Assembly (NCBI GenBank): GCA_049512815.1
Contig: JBEKWS010000019.1
Location: 20,835-84,834 of the forward strand
From: Bacteroidales bacterium
Lineage (GTDB): Bacteria; Bacteroidota; Bacteroidia; Bacteroidales; VadinHA17
Reading direction: 5' to 3'
Length of the DNA: 64,000 nt
Shown here piece by piece: positions 58,858 through 64,000 of the stretch (its first letter is position 1; each line of letters begins with the position of its first letter). The notes under the pieces were generated by a model. That model saw nothing but the letters and a program-made list of their open reading frames with translations. It ran no database searches and had not been told where the DNA came from. A program made the translations under genes and the position numbers.

Positions 58858-61488
58858 TCATTTCGTAGGCTCAGCATTTACCTTTGCATTTAATTCGGTA
58901 ATAACATGAACAAAACCCGAAAGATGGAATAATTCAAGTCCTGAAATTCTCCTTTCATAAACATCGCATTGATAGAAATATACACCCGGAGATACAATTT
59001 TTCCCTTGTATGTCCCATCCCAATCGATTTTAGGTTCTTCAGTCCTGAATAACAGCATACCATTCCTGTTAAAAAGCCTGAAATCAATCTTTTCAACAAG
59101 TCCTGATGATTTGGCAACCAGTTTATCATTTATATTATCTCCATTAGGAGTAAAAACATTCGGTATCTCATAAAAGTTACAGGAATCAATACATATAGTC
59201 GCCGATTTATCACCCTCATTACCTTTTGAATCAAAAGCTGAAACTGCATAACATCTTGCAATAGTTTCACCCGGATAATGCTTGTATGAAAAAATGTTTT
59301 TATCGTTGATAGTTGTAAGCAGGGAAAGACTTTCCTCTGACAACATTTTAGAATAGATCTTGTAGCCGGCAATATCTTCAAAACAAACAGGATCGGTTAT
59401 TGACCACGAAATGGTGTTATATAAACTATCGCACTGACTGGTAACATTCACCATTGGTGGACATGGTGGTTCATTATCGACAGGAGTGGTACAGATACTC
59501 TCAGAAAGATTAATAAGATTCTTTGGCATGTTGTCAGCCAGGTAACCACCTACCGACTTCACATAATAGCAATATTGTTTACCGTTTACCAGACCGTTAT
59601 CTACCCATGTCAGCTGATTTGTTGAGCCAACGGAGTCATAGGCCATAGTGGCATCATTCAATCTGAAAAAATCATAGCTTGTATTTATCCATGGAACATT
59701 ACGGTTAATAGTAAAACGTGCCTTCCTGTCGCCGGGCGAGATTGAAAGAAAAACAGATGATGCATACGCCGGCTCACCTATACGAAATATAGAGTCAGTC
59801 TTATTATTCCACAATTCAATCTTATAGATATAACCGGTTGACTGGGTATTGATCAGTGTGTCAATCAGGATTGTATCGTTAAGGTCAACAGTCAGAATGG
59901 AATCAATCTTTAGGAAATCTGTCCCTCCAACTCCATTTGCTCTGAAAACAAAGTATTTATAGGGACCCTTTGCAGGAATAGTATCAAGGTTGTGTTTATC
60001 AGGCTTTTTCCACGAGAGGTAAATTGATCCCTTAACCGCATCAGTATTCCTTACACTTACATTTTTTATTACAGGCACCCCGGATACAAGAGTTGAGGTA
60101 ACCTCATTTGAGGCTTTACTTTCAGATCCATTAGGATAAACAGCAACTATTCTATATGTATATTCCTTACCAGACTGTAACCCTTGTCCGTTATCATTAT
60201 CCGAAAATGAAGTCGTTGAACTGCCACCAATGTATCCTACCTTTGCAAAACCAGTGGACGCAGGTATACCGGAGGTACATGAATCAGGTTTGAATGTAGA
60301 AGCTCCTTCCCTTCTGTAGATGCTAAAACCTGCTATTACATTAGTCCCGTAACCCGACCATGTTAACTTTATAACTTTACCTTCAGGTACAGCATTAATG
60401 ATATGAGGTGATGGACCAAGAACTCTGATATTTATGTTGCTAATATCGGATAATCTCACATCAGGATTAGAGTCATCCGATTTGAAAATCACATTATAGG
60501 GTTGTTTCCTAACTGCCTCATGACAAGTTATCCACCTGAATCTTGACGATGCAAATCCTGCCACAGAATCTACTTTGGTAAACCTGGCCGGGCATGAAGT
60601 CAGGGTAAAAACACCTGAAGTAGCTTTAAGAGTCAAATTATCTTTATCTGGATCTGTCGCTGTAAAAAGAAAATCAATAGTGTCACCTGCTTCTACACAA
60701 TAATCATGCAGAGGGCCATTAACAGGAGGTTTATTTTTGGTGTTGTAAACCTCAATCTGCATATCACGAACAACCACTCCGATTTTTTTACCATTTCGCC
60801 ATTCCTGAATCTCCATAGCAACATTAAATTTCCCGGTATCTGCCGGAGTATCCCATATCAGATCTCCGCTAATGGAATCAACTCTTATTGAATGAGTTGC
60901 AGGAGGCAAGGTGTAGTTTTCGATGGGTTTACCATCTTCGCGTTCACATATCGTGAGCTTATAAGAAAGACTGTCACCATCGGGATCATAAGCGGCCGGA
61001 TTATGAATAAATAAATAATGATAAGCCGCTTTGTCATAAGGAGGGTTAAGCAGTATCGGTGTGTTGTCACGTCCCATTGCCGGATTTACTGTCAGAATAG
61101 TTGAAATTGCAAAAACAACATTAACTGAATTTGGAATGTTTTTAACTCCGGCATTCCTGTTTGGATCCTGCACCACAATCCGGTAAATGCCCGGACCCGG
61201 ATAAGTGTGGATGATTTTATAAATATTCCTCCTGTAATAGTTCGGAAGAGTTAACATACTTATTCTTGGTGCAACTGAAGTGGAATTATCACCCCACTCA
61301 ACATTAAGCGTGGGCCTGTCTGCAAAACTTAAAGTATAGGTAAAAGTAGTTATTGTGATCTCATAAGTCAGATCCGACAACTGGATATAAGTGATTTCTC
61401 CTGCCCGGTTATGTGTAGCATTCAGGCAAGTAAAAGAAAATGATACCAGTACCAGTAGAAAAAATTTCTTTATCATTAGATTTTTCAC
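58858..61488 (-). CDS. large cell-surface protein with a type-B T9SS (gliding-motility-associated) C-terminal sorting domain
   Basis: 876 aa. Signal peptide, N-terminal HNRAGEITY motif, Ig/Fn3-like repeats, and C-terminal IPNVFTPNGDNINDKL…GVYFYQC. Confidence 0.75.
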   Translation of the reverse strand: MKNLMIKKFFLLVLVSFSFTCLNATHNRAGEITYIQLSDLTYEITITTFTYTLSFADRPTLNVEWGDNSTSVAPRISMLTLPNYYRRNIYKIIHTYPGPGIYRIVVQDPNRNAGVKNIPNSVNVVFAISTILTVNPAMGRDNTPILLNPPYDKAAYHYLFIHNPAAYDPDGDSLSYKLTICEREDGKPIENYTLPPATHSIRVDSISGDLIWDTPADTGKFNVAMEIQEWRNGKKIGVVVRDMQIEVYNTKNKPPVNGPLHDYCVEAGDTIDFLFTATDPDKDNLTLKATSGVFTLTSCPARFTKVDSVAGFASSRFRWITCHEAVRKQPYNVIFKSDDSNPDVRLSDISNINIRVLGPSPHIINAVPEGKVIKLTWSGYGTNVIAGFSIYRREGASTFKPDSCTSGIPASTGFAKVGYIGGSSTTSFSDNDNGQGLQSGKEYTYRIVAVYPNGSESKASNEVTSTLVSGVPVIKNVSVRNTDAVKGSIYLSWKKPDKHNLDTIPAKGPYKYFVFRANGVGGTDFLKIDSILTVDLNDTILIDTLINTQSTGYIYKIELWNNKTDSIFRIGEPAYASSVFLSISPGDRKARFTINRNVPWINTSYDFFRLNDATMAYDSVGSTNQLTWVDNGLVNGKQYCYYVKSVGGYLADNMPKNLINLSESICTTPVDNEPPCPPMVNVTSQCDSLYNTISWSITDPVCFEDIAGYKIYSKMLSEESLSLLTTINDKNIFSYKHYPGETIARCYAVSAFDSKGNEGDKSATICIDSCNFYEIPNVFTPNGDNINDKLVAKSSGLVEKIDFRLFNRNGMLLFRTEEPKIDWDGTYKGKIVSPGVYFYQCDVYERRISGLELFHLSGFVHVITELNAKVNAEPTK

Positions 61489-61496
61489 TGCTGAAA

Positions 61497-61976
61497 TTAT
61501 TTTATTTTAAAAGTTTGTTCTGTCATATCTGAAGTCAACTTAACACCTTCTTCAAAATTATTGATCCTTACAATTATCATATTGGACATGTCATTATAAA
61601 GCCCTGTCATTATAAGGTTTTTCACTGAAACAATTCTTGGATTTTTCCCTCTGCCATATTCCAGGTTCATACTAATTTCATTATCAGCCAAATTCATGTT
61701 CTGTAGTTTCACGGAAAGTTGTTTTTCATTAACTTTTATTATCACCTTTTCTGCAAGATACTTCTCCATAATATTCAATGATGAGGAATTTTTTGTTGAA
61801 AAATCCTTATCCTGAATCTCGGTCCCGTTTAATTTAGAGTCACGAAGAAAATCGTCGAAATACATCCTTATAAATACTTTAAATGAATCAATTTCCGGAA
61901 CATAATCTATGCTTGTAATGGTAACATGCACCGGATGAAATAAAAACCATATTGAAAAAAACAAAGTCTTGAACAT
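61497..61976 (-). CDS. small secreted/membrane-anchored hypothetical protein (possibly DUF6702-like)
   Basis: 159 aa. Hydrophobic N-terminus followed by HPVHVTITSIDY. It ends 9 nt upstream of the T9SS cargo gene. The family assignment is from memory only. Confidence 0.4.
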   Translation of the reverse strand: MFKTLFFSIWFLFHPVHVTITSIDYVPEIDSFKVFIRMYFDDFLRDSKLNGTEIQDKDFSTKNSSSLNIMEKYLAEKVIIKVNEKQLSVKLQNMNLADNEISMNLEYGRGKNPRIVSVKNLIMTGLYNDMSNMIIVRINNFEEGVKLTSDMTEQTFKIK

Positions 61977-62029
61977 TGTCCATCAGTTACAGGCCTGATT
62001 AATGCATCAAAAATCAGACCAATTATTCA

Positions 62030-63460
62030 TTAATCTTTAATACTTACACGATCTTTAAGATATTGAACAGAACCGACCTCTATGAATGAAAAACCCGAAC
62101 CTCCTGTGAAATTTCCTGCAAGCACTACAACAATATCATCACTTTTAAGATTATGCGTCTTAATAAGATTTTTTAAGGCGATATGAATAAACTCATCAAC
62201 CGATTTTCTTCGCTCCTGGTAACTTGCATAAACACCATAAGAAAGTGCCAGTTCTCTCATTGTATTTTCTGTATAACATTGTGCAAGGATCAGATCGATA
62301 CCTCTGTAAGAGGCCATGTCCCTTATGGTCCTGCCACCAGTAGTATCCGCAATGATTCCTCTGGCTCCTATTCTGAATGCGGTCTTTACCGCAACTTTAG
62401 CCAGGTACGCTGATATTTCACCTGTTACATTGAGGTAAGGAATATCAAGAAATTTTTCCTTGTTCTTCTCTATCTCCATAGCAACCTTGGTCATTGTTTT
62501 TACAGCTTCCAAAGGATATTTCCCATTAGCTGTCTCCCCACTAAGCATCATTGCATCAGTCTGTGAATAAATTGCACTGGCTATATCGCTGACTTCTGCC
62601 CTGGTTGGCCGTGGATTGGTAATCATCGAATGAAGCATTTGTGTTGCAACTATAACCGGTTTCCTGCTAATTATGCATTTTGTAATTATCATCTTCTGGA
62701 TAACAGGAATTTTTTCATATGGAATCTCAATAGCAAGATCCCCCCTGGCAACCATAATACCGTATACATTTTCGAGGATATCATCCAGGTTTTCAACACC
62801 TTCCTGATTTTCAATTTTAGCTATTATCTTAATGCTGCTATCGAAAGAATTAAGAACAGCCTGAACGTCAAATACATCCTGCTTTGACCTTACAAATGAA
62901 TGAGCGATAAAATCGACCTTGTTCTTAGAAGCCATTTCCAGAAAAGCTTTGTCCTTTTCAGTAAGTGACGGGAGGGTAATCTTTACACTTGGAATGTTAA
63001 CACTTTTTCTTGAAGTAAGGATCCCATCATTCTCAATAGTACATTCCAGTGCATCGCCTTTCTTTTTTAATACCCTTAGTTCCAATTCCCCGTCATCCAT
63101 CAGAATAAGAGATCCCAGTGGAATATCTGAAGAAAAATTCTTATAAGTCACATAAATTGCTTCATCCGAACTCTTTTTGTCTGGATCTCCGATAATGTTT
63201 ATCGTGGCACCTTTCTTAAGTTGAATTGGAGCATCACATACAGTAGTACGTATTTCAGGACCCTTGGTATCAAGAATTATTGCAATTTTGTCAGAGACTT
63301 CCTGTGTATTCTTTATTATGCGAAGTGCTCCCTCAATATCAAGATGTGCCGAATTGATCCTGATGACATCCATTCCGGCCTCATATAATTCCTTAATAAA
63401 TCCGGATTCACAGTTTTTATCTGAAATAGTGGCAACAATCTTAGTCCTTTTGCTGTTCAT
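62030..63460 (-). CDS. pyk: pyruvate kinase
   Basis: 476 aa. Contains TKIVATI, LDTKGPEIRT and MVARGDLAIEIP motifs. Confidence 0.95.
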   Translation of the reverse strand: MNSKRTKIVATISDKNCESGFIKELYEAGMDVIRINSAHLDIEGALRIIKNTQEVSDKIAIILDTKGPEIRTTVCDAPIQLKKGATINIIGDPDKKSSDEAIYVTYKNFSSDIPLGSLILMDDGELELRVLKKKGDALECTIENDGILTSRKSVNIPSVKITLPSLTEKDKAFLEMASKNKVDFIAHSFVRSKQDVFDVQAVLNSFDSSIKIIAKIENQEGVENLDDILENVYGIMVARGDLAIEIPYEKIPVIQKMIITKCIISRKPVIVATQMLHSMITNPRPTRAEVSDIASAIYSQTDAMMLSGETANGKYPLEAVKTMTKVAMEIEKNKEKFLDIPYLNVTGEISAYLAKVAVKTAFRIGARGIIADTTGGRTIRDMASYRGIDLILAQCYTENTMRELALSYGVYASYQERRKSVDEFIHIALKNLIKTHNLKSDDIVVVLAGNFTGGSGFSFIEVGSVQYLKDRVSIKD

Positions 63461-63463
63461 AAA

Positions 63464-63901
63464 TTATTTCTTCTTTAATTTAGTGATTTCAATTAGCGCT
63501 TCGACGGCAAGCCTGTAACTATCAAGGCCAAAACCAGATATGCTGCCAGTACAATTTCTCCCGATAAGACTGGTATGCCGGAATTCCTCACGTGCTGAAA
63601 TATTTGTAATATGAACTTCAATGACCGGAGTTTTTACTGCAGCTATTGCATCAGCAATTGAAACAGAAGTGTGAGTGTACCCTCCTGCATTAAGGATTAT
63701 TCCATCATATGAAAACCCTGACTTCTGAATCTCATCTATTATCTCACCTTCAATGTTCGACTGAAAATATTTGAAGATGATATCCGGGAAACGCGATTTC
63801 AAGACTGGCAAGTAGTCTTCAAAAGAGGATCCTCCATATTTTTCAGGTTCTCTCCTGCCAAGGAGATTCAGGTTTGGACCATTAATAATTTCTATTTGCA
63901 T
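63464..63901 (-). CDS. aroQ: type II 3-dehydroquinate dehydratase
   Basis: 145 aa. Contains INGPNLNLLGRREPEKYG, NAGGYTHTSVSI and EVHITNI motifs. Confidence 0.95.
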   Translation of the reverse strand: MQIEIINGPNLNLLGRREPEKYGGSSFEDYLPVLKSRFPDIIFKYFQSNIEGEIIDEIQKSGFSYDGIILNAGGYTHTSVSIADAIAAVKTPVIEVHITNISAREEFRHTSLIGRNCTGSISGFGLDSYRLAVEALIEITKLKKK

Positions 63902-64000
63902 CTGATACTGAATTTATTACGGTAATTAAATATAGCAATATTGGCTGGTTTCATATTTTGAGTACTGTTTTCATTTATATCTAAAGTGCTATGTTTGTAT

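Noticed and set aside
1-64000. Search for mobile elements, prophage, defence islands, CRISPR arrays, and rRNA or tRNA genes.
   Set aside because: No transposase, integrase, recombinase, phage structural, restriction-modification, toxin-antitoxin or cas-like ORFs were recognised, and no RNA gene signatures were seen. Composition is uniform apart from the short GC-rich repeats, so the window looks like core chromosome.

Overview
This is a low-GC, densely coding chromosomal segment, most consistent with a Bacteroidota genome and probably an anaerobe. Supporting evidence: two type-B T9SS (gliding-motility) C-terminal sorting domains, a TamB-like giant protein, TAnnTTTG-type -7 promoter boxes just upstream of many start codons, and rubredoxin, citrate lyase and polyferredoxin genes. 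About 50 protein-coding genes are supported, and most are housekeeping: tsaD, glyA, relA/spoT, purA, proS, tilS, aroC/aroB/aroQ, pyk, nth, ahpC-type peroxiredoxin, pepD and an ABC-F ATPase. I found no rRNA or tRNA genes, CRISPR arrays, transposases, integrases or recognisable defence genes. The parts worth a second look are: (1) a larC-larE-larB nickel-pincer-nucleotide cofactor operon with no larA in the window, divergent from a Tat-signal DUF362 protein plus a membrane polyferredoxin; (2) a three-gene operon encoding two paralogous, very Tyr/Gly-rich then Ser/Asn/Arg-rich secreted proteins plus a FadL-like barrel; (3) a 144-aa ORF that looks like a chloride-channel gene with its whole channel core deleted in frame; (4) a minimal citrate-lyase cluster with a citD-citE fusion, followed by a rubredoxin ORF whose ATG is one base out of frame; (5) a family of GC-rich double-hairpin intergenic repeats. 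All homology calls come from reading motifs by eye, with no database search, so family-level names are more reliable than exact functions.
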